A stretch of 64,000 bases of DNA. Origin: Lytechinus pictus. Taxonomy: Eukaryota. Below, in pieces: positions 23,844 through 36,369 of this stretch. The stretch spans positions 7,998,001 to 8,062,000 of the forward strand of contig NC_087245.1 of the NCBI RefSeq assembly GCF_037042905.1, read 5' to 3'. The position numbers were made by a program, and so were the translations under genes. The notes beneath the pieces are model-generated. The model made no database searches, had not been told where the DNA came from, and was given only the letters and a program-made list of their open reading frames with translations. How positions within the stretch are numbered: the first letter of the stretch is position 1; the number at the start of each line of letters is the position of its first letter.

Positions 23844-26699
23844 TAGTCCAGTCATTTTAGCCCAAATTTTTACCAAACTTGGAACAAATTGCAACATATT
23901 TTTTTTCACCACAATGCATTTCTGTGAGGTCCCTATATAAAGGGGTCTGCCGAAGTCACCAACCCCTTTTTGTCTTGCCTCGCCTTTGTTGGTGTGACTA
24001 ACACGCATAAATACATGTGTGCGTATAGCGATAGAAAGGTTTATATTACTTAAATTGATATGTGGGCAAAGGGCCTTTTCTACATATAAAAGCAACTTTT
24101 ATGTTAATGAAATCTCTTGGAAAAGTTAGAGGATGCTTTGCTCTGCATGCTGCATGCAATAACGTTCAAGAACATTAAAGCATAGTCCCACAATAGCCTG
24201 TCGAATGTACCCCCTTATCCGTAGCTTAACTATAAAAACATCGTGCTTTTTGGAGCCCCAAATGTGACAAAGTAGTGTTTTGCTACAGAGAAAAAAAAAC
24301 TTTTATTATCTTGAAGTCACTTGGAGGCAAAATAGTAGGCTTTTCTCTATCAGTACATATAAAGAGGTGATGGCAAAGCAAATCCTAACCCTTAGGGGTC
24401 TGCCGAAGTCACCAACCCCTTTTTGTATTTTGCCCATTTCTTGGAAAATTCGTAATTTTTAGCCCCATTGAGGCAAAAGGCGTTTCCCCTTTGCAGTAAA
24501 CTACTTTTATTGTTTTGTTAGCACTTGGGGATGAAAAAATAGTTTTCCCTCTATCAGCTAAATATAAGGAAGTGCTGACACAGCAAAGCCTATCCCCACG
24601 GGGTTTGCTAAAGTCACTCATCCCTTTTCCATATTTTGCCAATTTTATGGAAAAATCTATAAATCCAGAGGCGTTTCAAACCGCCTCGATCACAAGAATC
24701 CCCGTTAAATTACGAGAACATTTTTAGGCTAAAAAATACCCATTAATTATTCCTACATTCACACCGCCCCGAAACATACCCTTCGGGATAAATTCCTGAA
24801 GTTAGGAGCATGCACAGTATGGTCTAATAAGCAGGCAAGGCGCGAGATTCAAAACCACTAGCCCAGCAGCCACCCACGGCGCCCGCGCCCAACAACACGC
24901 TGGGCTAAAAGTTCCCGTAAATTGCTTTCACATTGCCAAAATACCTGCGACCTTGGAAAAATCCCCGCGAAAGTTCTCGTAATTTTGCCAAGTACCTACT
25001 ATTTAGCGGGTATTTTCTTTTGGGGAAATTACGCGTAGTTTGCTTTCATATTACCAAAATACCTGGTATTTTCTGATCGGGGTAAATTTCCCGATCAGAG
25101 AATACCTGGAACTGACGAACTTCGAGGCGGTCTGAAACCATGAGGCAAACAGATGTTTCTCCTATTATAGTGAAAGCCACTTTTAATGTTTTAAAACCAC
25201 TTGAAAATGAAAGAGTAGCCTTTTCTTCTATCTGCTTCGTACAAAGAAGTGCTGGCGTATCAAATCCTACATCCTTCAGGGGGCTGCCCAAATCACCCTA
25301 CTTTTGCATACTAGTATTTTGCCAATTTCTTGGAAAATTCTTCATTTTGGAGCCCCATTGCGTTTCCTCTTTGCAGTACACCACTTTTATTGTTTTGTAA
25401 CCACTTGGAGATAACAAAATTAGATTTTCCTCTATCAGTTACATAAAGAGGTGCTGGCTCAGCAAACCCTGCCTCTCAGGGGTTTGCCGAAGTCTCCCCA
25501 CCCTTTTTGCATATTTTGTCAATTTATGGAAAGATCTACCAATTCGGAGCCCTCATTATGCAAAAATGTTTTTCTGATATATAGCAAACCACTTTCATTG
25601 TTTCGCAACCACTTGGAGATAAAAAGAGTAGATTTTCCTCTATCAGCTACATATAATGAAGTGCTGGCTCAGCAAAGCCTACCCCCTCAGGGGTTCCCGA
25701 AGCCTCCCCACCCTTTTTGCATATTTTCCCCCTTGTTAATTTATAATTTATGGGAAAAATCTGCCAATTTGGAGCCCCGTTTGAGGCAAAACGTTGTTTC
25801 TGCTTTATAGCAAACCTTTTTCATTGTTTCGTTACCACTTGGAGATAAAAAAGTAGATTTTCCCTTTTCAGCTACACATAAAGAAGTGCTGGCTCAGCAA
25901 AGCCTTCCCCCTCAGGGGTTCCCAAAGTCTCTTTACCCTTTTTGCCCATTTTCCCTCTTTATCAAAACAAAATCGCAAATTTTGTACCCCTCCCACATTC
26001 ATCCAAAAGGCATTTCTGCTATATGGTAAAGTCACTTTTATTATTTGAAACCACTTAAAGATGAATAGGTTTCGTTTATCAGCGCATCGACCCCTTCCCT
26101 CATCAGGGGCTCCAAATTGACAGATTTTCCCATAAATTGGCAAAATACGGAAAATGGGTGAGTGACTTCGGTAGTATAATAGTAGAATAATAGGATGTGG
26201 CAGGTTTAATAGCTACATTTCATTTTTCTCTTGAACTCTGAAATCGAACAGGCAGAAAATATCATTATTTTGGTGTACAACGTCACGTGACTAGCATATG
26301 ACAGTTTCCGTGCCTAGACCCTTTCATGTTAAACAATTAATACAGTCCAAACAGAATCGAATCTATGCATTTAATGTTGATAGTAACAATGTTCTTGTAG
26401 TTTAAATCTTTGCTTAATGATATTTATATGAGGCCAATGTTTATAGTAGTATCGAGTCCGGAATTGATATGATTTTGCAATCGGGTCTGAGTAGTACACT
26501 AGCGTCGTCTGCTACATAAACTAAATGAGCGAATATGACCAAAACTAACCATTATGTTTATGCAAATTAGAACACTTTCCCCTATTCGGATTTTCTGGGA
26601 CTTTTAGTATGGTCTTCTATGGACCTCAAAGAAATGTTCTGCATTGGAATAAATTCTGTTGCAATTTGTTCCAAGTGAAAAGTTAACATGACTGGACTA
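23844..26699. mobile_element. Large non-autonomous TIR element with an internal ~180 bp satellite
   Basis: TAGTCCAGTCAT...ACTTGGAACAAATTGCAACA...GAGGTCC at the left, inverted at 26621-26699; TTC on both flanks; internal CCACTTGGAGAT...CTATCAGCTACATA...GGGGTTTGCCGAAGTC repeats. Confidence 0.7.
24672..25139. mobile_element. MITE nested in the satellite
   Basis: GTTTCAAACCGCCTCGA...TCGAGGCGGTCTGAAAC inverted termini, interrupting a satellite unit. Confidence 0.7.
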
Positions 26700-26730
26700 T
26701 TCTATTAATACTAGTAGATGCTTAAAAACG

Positions 26731-27082
26731 TAATAATAATAATCCGATTTTATATAGCGCTTAATACATCGGAACGAAGTGTCTAAGCGCTTTACAGATT
26801 ATTACCCAGGTCATCGGATTCAGTCAGTTATTCCCACACACAATGTATGCACATCCTCCACTCATTGGGGAGTATTCCAGTCAGTCGCCAGTGAGGCGCA
26901 CACAGTACTGGACAAGCTACAATGACTTTCACATCCTACTGGGTACCCATTTAGCACCTGGATCGAGAGTGACAAAGTGTGGATTAACACATTGCCAAAG
27001 AACGACAAACCGCGGTGGGATTCGAACACACAACCCTCTGTTTACAAGGCGAGAGTCAGAACCACTACACCACGGTTCTTCC
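26731..27082 (-). mobile_element. Full-length tRNA-derived SINE
   Basis: Minus strand: TGGTGTAGTGG A box, GTTCGAATCC B box, CCAGGTGCTAAATGGGTACC core, GTAAAGCGCTTAG...AAGCGCTATATAAA and (ATT)n tail. Confidence 0.85.
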
Positions 27083-27231
27083 TCCTCCTGTAAAACCTGA
27101 TTAAACTACCTCATATATTTCCAAAAACGATGTCTTTGGGTTCCATATCATTGCCATAATAATAGGCTTACTTGTTGCATGTTAGAAACTCACCTTAAAA
27201 CCAAACTTTCTCCATTTGGAAACCATAATTA

Positions 27232-29111
27232 CACTACTCAAAAAAAGTTAAGGACCACTTTTTAATGTGTGTATACAATTTTCAAACCGGGTGTTGTATT
27301 TCTAGAAATACCCGAATATGGCTGTCTTGAATCTCCTCAAACACCCTGTAACAATTTCACACATGGGTGGTTTCAGTTGTTGCATGATGTCTCTCGCATT
27401 ATTGCATATCCTGAAAAGTGGGCCCATTGTGAAGTGGTACAAATGTGGATTCAAATGCATTTTCTGTCTTTAGTCTCTACAATCAACAAATTGCTGACAA
27501 CAGCAATGCCAAGATACAGCTGTCCAGGATGCCATCAAACACAATGAAATCAATTTCACACATGCAGTTCTTTCATGTCTCTTGCATCATTGCAATGTGC
27601 CCGTACAAAAGTGGCTTCCAAAGCATTTTCTGTCTTTAGTCTCTACAATCAACAACTTGCTGACAATAGCAATGCCAAGATACAGCTGTCCAGAATGCCA
27701 TCAAACACAATGACATCAATTTCACACATGCAGTTCTTTCATGATGTCTCTGGCATCATTGCAGTGGGCCATAAGACAAGTGTCTTCCAAAGCATTTTCC
27801 GTCTTTAGTCTGTACAATCAACAACTTGCCTACAACAGCAATGCCAAGACACCACCTAAGTGAAACAGATCCCTAGGGATGCTGGAAGCTGGCCTCAGTC
27901 AGCGAAGAGTAGCCAGAATGATGGGCGTGTCACACAGTGTCATTAGCAGAGCAAATCAAAGACACCGAGAGACAGGGCTATACTCCGAGAGACCCCGCAG
28001 TGGCCGACCAGTTTCGACAACCCCTAGAGATGATCGCTACTTGACGAATCTCAGCCTCCACAACCGCTTTCACAGTGCACGCCGCCTCAACAATGACTTC
28101 GCTGCAGCAACTGGAGTGATTGTTTCCACTCAAACAATCCGTAACCGACTTCACAGAGCCAATATGCATGCCAGACGGCCAGCTCAGTGTGTCCCACTCA
28201 CCCCTGCTCACAGAAGAATTCGTCTCAACTGGGCCCGGGAGCATGTCAGATGGACCAGACAGCAATGGCGTAGAGTTCACAGATGAGCAGAGCAGATTTT
28301 CCCTTGACCACAATGATGGACGTTCGAGAGTCTGGAGGCGACCAGGAGAGAGATTTGCAGACCCCTGTATTGCAGAACATGACCGTTATGGGGGAGGCAG
28401 CGTCATGGTGTGGGGAGGCATCATCTACGCCAACCGTACTCGTCTCTACGTGGTCCCAGGGGGAGCAATGACAGGAGTGAGGTACAGGGATGAGGTCCTT
28501 GAACCTATAGTGGTGCCATTTGCAGAAAATGTGGGACAAAACATCATTTTCATGGATGACAATGCCCGTGCCCACCGAGCTAGGGTGGTGACCGAGTTCC
28601 TTGAGGGCCAGGGGATTGAGCGTATGGAGTGGCCAGCGAGGTCCCCGGACTTAAACCCGATAGAGCACGTCTGGGACATGATGGGGAGGAGTCTCGAGCA
28701 GCTCGAAGCCCATCCACTTGGACTGCAGCAGCTGGGTGTGGCTCTGGAGGCTGCATGGGATGCACTGGACGTCAGAGACATCAATCGCCTCATCAGCTCC
28801 ATGAGACAGCGCTGTGAAGCCGTTATTGCTGCAGGAGGTGGTCACACTCGTTACTGAACTGCCTGAAAGACACTCAGACATTCGTTTTTACCACTTCATG
28901 TCGGTAGCTGATACCCCTCGGGGCCCACTTTTCAGGATGTGCAGTGATGCGAGAGACATTGTGCAACAACTGAAACCACCCATGCGTGAAATTGATTACA
29001 GCGTGTTTAAGGACATTTAGGACAGTTGTACTGAGGTATTTCCAGAAATAAAACACCTTGTATAAAATCTGTACGTTTTAAAAAGTGGTCCTTAACTTTT
29101 TTTGAGTAGTG
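27232..29111 (+). mobile_element. Tc1-family transposon, full length
   Basis: TA TSD; perfect 34-bp TIR CACTACTCAAAAAAAGTTAAGGACCACTTTTTAA extending imperfectly to ~195 bp (27232-27426 / 28921-29111). Confidence 0.95.
27841..28857 (+). pseudogene. Tc1 DD34E transposase with two frameshifts
   Basis: Paired-like HTH, GRP linker, FTDE, VWGGI, MDDNA-34aa-E (SPDLNPIEHVW), C-terminal GGHTRY; frame breaks at ~27870 and ~28275. Confidence 0.92.
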
Positions 29112-29754
29112 TATTACGGATTAACCTAAACATTAATCATGTAAAAGATCAATCATTAATTAAATTATTTGGTATCTTTTATAGTAAAGGGTTATTTGTT
29201 AATAATCATTGAATGATAATAGACCTCATGATTACTTATCTGAGCGATTGACAATAAAGGTAGAATTGATCGACACTTGTATCATCGAGAATTAAACGTC
29301 TAGAAACCGTTGACATTCTGGAAATTTGTGGCTATCTTTTTTCCTAGGGGGTCATATTTATCTCTTTTAAGACCCTGTTCACCTACAAACGCACTTGGAA
29401 AGAATTCCGCAAGACAAGCATTTAACTCCTGTAGAAGAACCATAACCGTTACAAGAGCTCACCTGGATGTCATTGGTTCTTACAACCTAAACATCTCTCA
29501 TCTTGGAGAGGTGAAAGAATGACCGCCAAGAATTGATTCAGTCAACTAATTTTAAAATCATTTCAAACACCAAAATCTCGCCGGAATGTAATTTCAAAAC
29601 GAGTGCTTGCATGGATACAATTTTATCCCTTGCTAACAGTAGTCGGTCGCTTGAAGGGCCTTGGTTTTACCTTTCCCTTCCGTAGCCTGCAATGAATATC
29701 ATATTAGTTCCCCACGCTGTTCCCGAACCTAATGCTACGTGCAGGAGTTGATTT

Positions 29755-29973
29755 CAGAGACACCAACTCTCCCGCTTTCGGCGGGAGATCTCCCGCCGAA
29801 AGCCCATTTTCCCAAAATCTCCCGCTTGAGATTTAATATCTCCCGCCGGCATGGCTCTGTGTCTCCCGCTTAAGATATATTTTCTTCCCCTTATAATATC
29901 TTTCTCCCGCCCAAACACCTTTTTAAACACTGTATGATTTGATTCATTAGATTGTTTTTTTTTACTTAGAGCT

Positions 29974-30031
<58 letters not shown>

Positions 30032-30201
30032 CCTGAGATAGCACGGGAGAGCCTCTAGGACCCTAGAGCTACACCCCGACCGCAAGGGACTTCGCGCTCG
30101 TGATGTGCGCTTCGCGCAAATCAAGTTGAAGTCTCCAGTTTGCTTAGGGATCCAGGCGGGAGAATCTTCAGATCAGAAGGTGCTTGGCGTTGGAGTCTCT
30201 G
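29755..30201. mobile_element. MITE with 6-bp TSD (TGATTT) and internal (TA)n
   Basis: CAGAGACACCAAC...GTTGGAGTCTCTG; removing it restores the satellite consensus AGTTGATTTTGAC. Confidence 0.75.
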
Positions 30202-31060
30202 TGATTTTGACTTGTCAGTTCCGTCCCCAGGTGTTTTGAATTGGATCAATCCTGCGCAGCTCCGGGATCTATCATGAAGTGAAAGATCTGTTAGAGTTGG
30301 TTGAGTTCTGTTTCGAGGCATGTTGGCCTAGATCCTGCAGCTATAATTGCCTTACGACTCAATCCTGCAAAAAGTTGATTTGGACCTGTCTGTTCTGTTT
30401 CCAGGTGTTTTGACCTGGATCAGTCCTGCAGCTCCAGGATTTATCATCACGTCAAAGATCGTCAGAGTTGATTTGGACCGGTCAGGTCTGTTTCAGGCTG
30501 TTGGCCTGGATCCTACAGCTATATATAATTGATCTATCACGACCAAATCCTGCAGAAGTTGATTTGACTTGTCTGTTCTGTTTCAAGGTGTTATGACCTG
30601 GATCAATCAACTTCTTGTAAAAGCTGATTTTGACCTGTCAGTTCTGATTGCACATGTTTTGACTGGGATCCTGCAGCTCCAGGAATTATCATCACGTCAA
30701 AGATCTAGCAAAAGTTGACTTGTACCGGTCAGTTCTGTTTCAGGCGTGTTGGCCTGGATCCTGCAATTCCTATCACGACTTGAAAGTTCTTGCAGAAGTT
30801 GATTTTGACCTGCCAGGTGCCCAGGTCCAATTGCAGGTGTTTTGACTGGGATCCTGCAGCTCCAGGATTTATCATCACGTCAAAGATCTAGCAAGAGTTG
30901 ATTTGGACCGGTCAGTTCTCTTTTAGGCGTGTTGGCCTGGATCCTATCATTACTTGAAAGCTCTTGCAGAAGTTGATTTTGACCTGTCAGTTCTGATTGC
31001 AGGTGTTTTAACTGGGATTCTGCAGCTTCAAGATCTCTCATGACTTAAAATATCTTGCAG
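30202..31060. repeat. ~85-90 bp minisatellite with dimeric higher-order structure
   Basis: About ten copies of GTTGATTT(T/G)GACC(T/G)GTCAGTTCTG...GGATCCTGCAGCT...ATCACG. Confidence 0.85.
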
Positions 31061-32399
31061 GACTATGCATTTTAGCTTCCCTTTGCCCTCAAAGTTCAGT
31101 GCATTTTCGAGTGTCCCATGCTACATCCACTACAATACCTTGTCTCATTTTCATAACAGGAGAGATCCTATATAATTGTCTAATAGACAGCATATTTAAT
31201 AACCCAGTAATGATTTTTCTGTGTGTTAGCTGTGTCATGTAAGTATGAAGAAAAATAATGAAATTATGTACACGAAATTAGGTTTGCTACCTATATACGA
31301 TTATTATGCAGATAATCTTTTGGACTTCATCTGAATTCTTTTTTTATATATGAGATATTTTTTAAAATTCCAAGTTTCATACTTTGACCAATTAATGTTC
31401 TAACCATATTCTCGTTAAAATGTTATGTCCAGATGTTGTATTCAGGAATATTATTATCTATAGTTTCTATGGAAAAGATGTTGCTTAGCAATAGTTGCTA
31501 TACATGGTTGGAATGTTGTTTGATATGTGATTGTGAAAATTCAAAATATAGTAAAAAAATTGAGATAAAACCCCTAAATTGGTGGTTGCGAAGGTAAATA
31601 AGTATACCTAGTAACTGTTGCTATACGAGGAGAGATCAGGTTGCCCCCCCCCCCCCCTCCACGTATGTTCATCATCCATAGGCTATGTATCAACCCAGCG
31701 GAGTTCGCCATTAAAGGCCTTTGCACAGTTTCAACGTTGGTGTCGTGATACTTTCAATAAAGAAAATGTGTGTCGTACCCATGACAACATGTATTGTTGC
31801 TGGAATTTCCAGGAATTTAAAGTGGATATGGTGTGATCAAAATATGAAAACTTATAACCCATATGTCAATGGTCATATGACTTTGGTTAAGAATATCGTG
31901 CACAAATAAAGGCAGATCAGCCTAATTGCATATCATTGTCTAATACGTATAGATCGAGTGTGGGAGACGGGGGTAAAAAATTTCAACATTTTATTCTCTT
32001 TATTCTACCAAGTTCTCAATTTTTTTTGATACTTTTTTTCTATAGTATGTCATTTTGTTGTTATTTTATTGTATATTTGCGTTGAGTTTGACAACTCTCC
32101 AGTTTTTTTAATGTGTAAGCAAGATGAATAGTCAGTGGATCTTGGGGCTATATGGCAATTGAAATCACGTACGTCAAGTGGCGTTATTCATCTGATCGGG
32201 GGGGGGGTGAGAGCAATATACTAGTATTGAGCTGAAAATTTAAAAAAAAATGGTGCCCTCCCCCCTCCATAAAGAGCTGTTAGTAGACGGGGATATATAA
32301 AACGTGTGTGAAGCGGGGGTCAAAGCAACATATTGAGCTGAAAATTCAACAATAATATTTAAGGGTAAACCCCCCCCCCCGTCAAGAGCTATCAGTAGA

Positions 32400-33690
32400 C
32401 AGGGGCGGATCCAGCCTTTGCCAATAGGGGGGGCGAATTTTTTTTCAGCCACATTTTCCCGATCGGCCGCTCGAAGTTGATTTTTGTTTGTATTTTTGAA
32501 GGGGTAGTCTTATAATAATAATTTCTAAGCTTTGTAAATCAACGTAAATATATAATAATCTCATAAGCCTTATTTAAATAGTGCGAGTGCAAAGAGCGAG
32601 CTTTTTTTTTTTCAAGTATTTTGTCCTAAAATTTCAATATTCTGGGCAATGTTTGTGATCCTAAACCAAATGAGTATCCACCAACTAAATAATTACTGCG
32701 AGCGCGAACAGAAAATTTTAATATATGTTTTTATCTGATCAAAAATGGATCTGTTAACGGCTGCTTATAGTTAGCCATGAAGACCTTACATTTTTCAACA
32801 ATCAAATAATGCGAGCGAAAAGCGTGAGCTGAAAATTTTGACATTTCTAAACGAAGTATGGAAATTCTAAGCACTTTTTGTAATCGTGATAAGGATAAGT
32901 ATATAACTAAACAATTGATGCGAGCGCGAAGCGCATGCGGAAAAAAAATCGAGATTTACACCTAAAAATGGGACACTGTTCATTTTTTGTAAATCATGAA
33001 AATGATAATTGGAAATCTTTCTACCTTAATAATGCGAGCACAAAGCGCGAGCAGAAAATGTTTGATATATTGGATGATTTAAATAGAGAACAAGCTGCGT
33101 ATCTGAATAAACATGCGCGACCTAAATCTGGGCATTCTAAATACCTTTTTTTATCATGAAAATCAATAAAGCGATCTGAAAAAGGGACAATTTAAGCTCT
33201 GTATTTCAAGCACTTTGTAGGAAAATTGTGAGGTGGATATGGATCAGTTTAAAATAAGCTGATATGTTTCAATATTATTCCTTTGAGCTTTGACATATAG
33301 GACCGGGCAATCCTAAGAACATTATGTCATCAAATGAAAATGATGACTGTCTTCCTATTTCTCTTCCTAAGCACGAAATAGAACTTGTCGATATTCCATT
33401 CTGAAAAATTACATAGTGATTATTTAATCAATATCTTATTTATTAATGTAATAAGCCTAATGAGAGCGCGAAATCTCTTAATATTATGGCTTGAAAACTG
33501 GACATTTAAAGCACTTTTGTAATTATGATGCACGAGTTAATATATTTTCAACAATCAATGCGAGCGCAACTGTCATGAAATGGGGATTTTAAGTAGTTTG
33601 TTATAGAATTAATATTGAGATATATATACATAACTCACCAGGATTATATGAAAGAGAGGGGGAAAGGAACACCCCCTTCTTCCAATCCGC
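32400..33690 (+). mobile_element. Non-autonomous DNA element, CAGGGGCGGATCCAG family
   Basis: 5' end matches 1766 and the reverse complement of 56873; periodic GCGAGCGCGAAGCGCG motifs; 3' end approximate. Confidence 0.7.
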
Positions 33691-34603
33691 TTAAGACAAC
33701 ATTATACCTTCTAATTTCTTCTTCTTTCTCTTTTTTTTTAAAAATTTCTTGTACATACCATTTCAAGATCTTATTTATTTTTAATAGTAATTCCTATTGG
33801 TTTTTATAGTGTAAACAGATTTTACCTTTTATAATTATAATTCTATACGTGTTGAGGACCCCACTGGAAATAAGCTTTCGAACTATTCTGTTAAAGATTA
33901 CTGACTTTTATTTTTTAATTTCATTTATTTATTCATTTATTTATTTATTCATCTATTCATTTATTCATTTATTTTTATTCTTATTCATTATTTTTGGGGG
34001 AGGGGTCCTTTCAATCATCATACAATAATCGTTCCGAATCCTCCTTCATTTAGGTTATGTAAATGATACACCAAAATATTAAATTAAGAGGAAAGGAAGA
34101 CACAGTAATTTTACAGCTACAACTAGTAAAGTATATTCATTTGCGAAAAAAAAAGGTATTTCTTTTTTATCTTAAGACCATTCCGGGGACATTCATAATG
34201 TAATTTATAGTCAAAGAAGTAAATTGTGTCAGGAACTCCTTGGCTGCAGTAAAAAAATATTGTTTTTAAAAATGGATAACCGTTTTTAATAAAGTATCAT
34301 ATCCATCTTTAGTCGAAGTGCCAGGAATGAGCTCTTTGGTGTAAAAACCGCTTGCAAACCAATTCTGCACATTGAAGAATAAACGCTGACTAAACAAAAG
34401 AAAATTATAAACTGATTGAAATTGCCATTGCATAAAATGATATGTTCAAATGAAATTGGAATCATGCAGTATTTTGTTTGTTATACACAAAGAAAACTCA
34501 GACCATGACACCCATCATGATTTTTGCATACAATATGATTCTATAACATATATTTACATCAGGACAATTTATATAATTATAGATACACACACACACACAC
34601 ACC

Positions 34604-34652
<49 letters not shown>

Positions 34653-36369
34653 GTAATAGATATGCGCTATGTATACAGTCAATGTGAGTATGTTACATAT
34701 GCAATCTTGCAACCTAAATTTGCCTTTTGGTAATTCAGGAAAGAAATGATAATTCTCGAAAATGAAATCATTTATGTGTCAGGTATATTCCGAGCATTTT
34801 CCAAAATCGTTAAACCATTAATTTCACAGATTAAGTGTCAAAATTAAGCACTAAAGTGCGAAGTGATCATTACAAGTGGAAAAGTTACGTGGAAAATACC
34901 ACCTTACACCAGTATGGGACTAGATGGGGACTAGATATCCGTCCCCGCAGAGACGGCGATCAGCCCGTGTGCGCACGCTAAAATTTATCATTCTGCGGCT
35001 CGCGTGCTAGGAATGAACTTGATTTTTCTCTCAATTACGAAACTCATAGTGGAAAAGGTTATCCAACATGCATTGATATACTCGTAAAATCTATCGTCAT
35101 GTTTCATTTACAACACAAAATATAGAAACCCATCTTTCGGAGAAATATTAGTAAGTTGTTCGAATCTAAAGATTTTCTTTTAAAAATATAACAAAAATTT
35201 ACCTGATTTCAAATGCCTGTCATTTCCTTAAAAAAACTGGAATCAATAATCCACCACCGTTATCAGTTATGAAAAATTCTAGGAAATGTACTAAGATGCT
35301 TTTGAAGAAAATTAAAATTTTAGGTTCTGATATGGAATGGGAAGATTCGAAAATAAGGATTTTGCAATGCTATATCAAATTTCTGTTATATTTTCATCAA
35401 TTTTGGGATTGCATCGAAATGACTGATAATTCGACGTCTTACCAACACTTGCTTTTAAATTTGGTATATGTTGGTACACTGATAGTCAACGTAAATGATA
35501 AACATTCATAGCCTCACTAAAATTTAACGATTCCATTGTTTTTATGATATTAATGTCGCAGACATTTTAGAGAGTGAGCAAAGTGATGCTCACGAACGTC
35601 GCTAACAATACGGCTAGGCGAGAAGGCCTTTCAATGGCGCGCTCCGCTGAGTTGAGGCCGTGAACATACGTGCCCCTAACTAAAAATGGTCAGCAACTCA
35701 GCATCATATACTCTACCTGTCAGCCAAATTCCATGCTCGTACCGTAATCTGAACAATTCTTGCTTTTTTTTGCACCGATCATCTAGACAAATTGGGCACC
35801 GTTTCATGCCGACTTCTAACTGCAAAGCCGGTCATATGGCAAGTAATGAGCTTTTTTGTATTAAGTAGTTTTTATTGACAATATCAATTCATATACAAAA
35901 TAAAATATATATAACAAATAGAAGTTTGATGTCTTTACAAATTGATAAAGACCTTGACAACTTATAAATTTAACATCATTTTTTTTCTTGAATGTTACAA
36001 TAAAACACAATGTCAGACATCTTCTAATACATAATTATAAATAACATTGATAATAATAATATGCATTAAGAATAAACTTCTACAATAAATTCAACATATT
36101 GAATTTTTTTTCAGTGTCAAATAAAAACATAAAGAAGAGATTTTCAAAATAAACAAAAATAAATCATTAATAACACCTAACGAATTGAAGCCATCAGCAT
36201 ATTTTTTTTAAAACCCATCGCCTCGGCCTCTTCACTCAAATAAAATCAATCTCAACAACAAACTCAGCCCTGGACCCTACCCCTCCCCCCCCCCCTCCCT
36301 AAAACACCCCCATCCCCTATCCGGTGGAGAACTGGCTCTGGGCTCCAATAAATGGTCCAATATTTAAGT

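Noticed and set aside
29463-29487. 24-nt micro-exon candidate (tttag|...CCAG|gtgag) in the large intron
   Set aside because: It contains TGA in the required phase-1 frame.
30202-31060. CRISPR-like array
   Set aside because: Whole units are repeated with no unique spacers; eukaryotic context and no cas genes.
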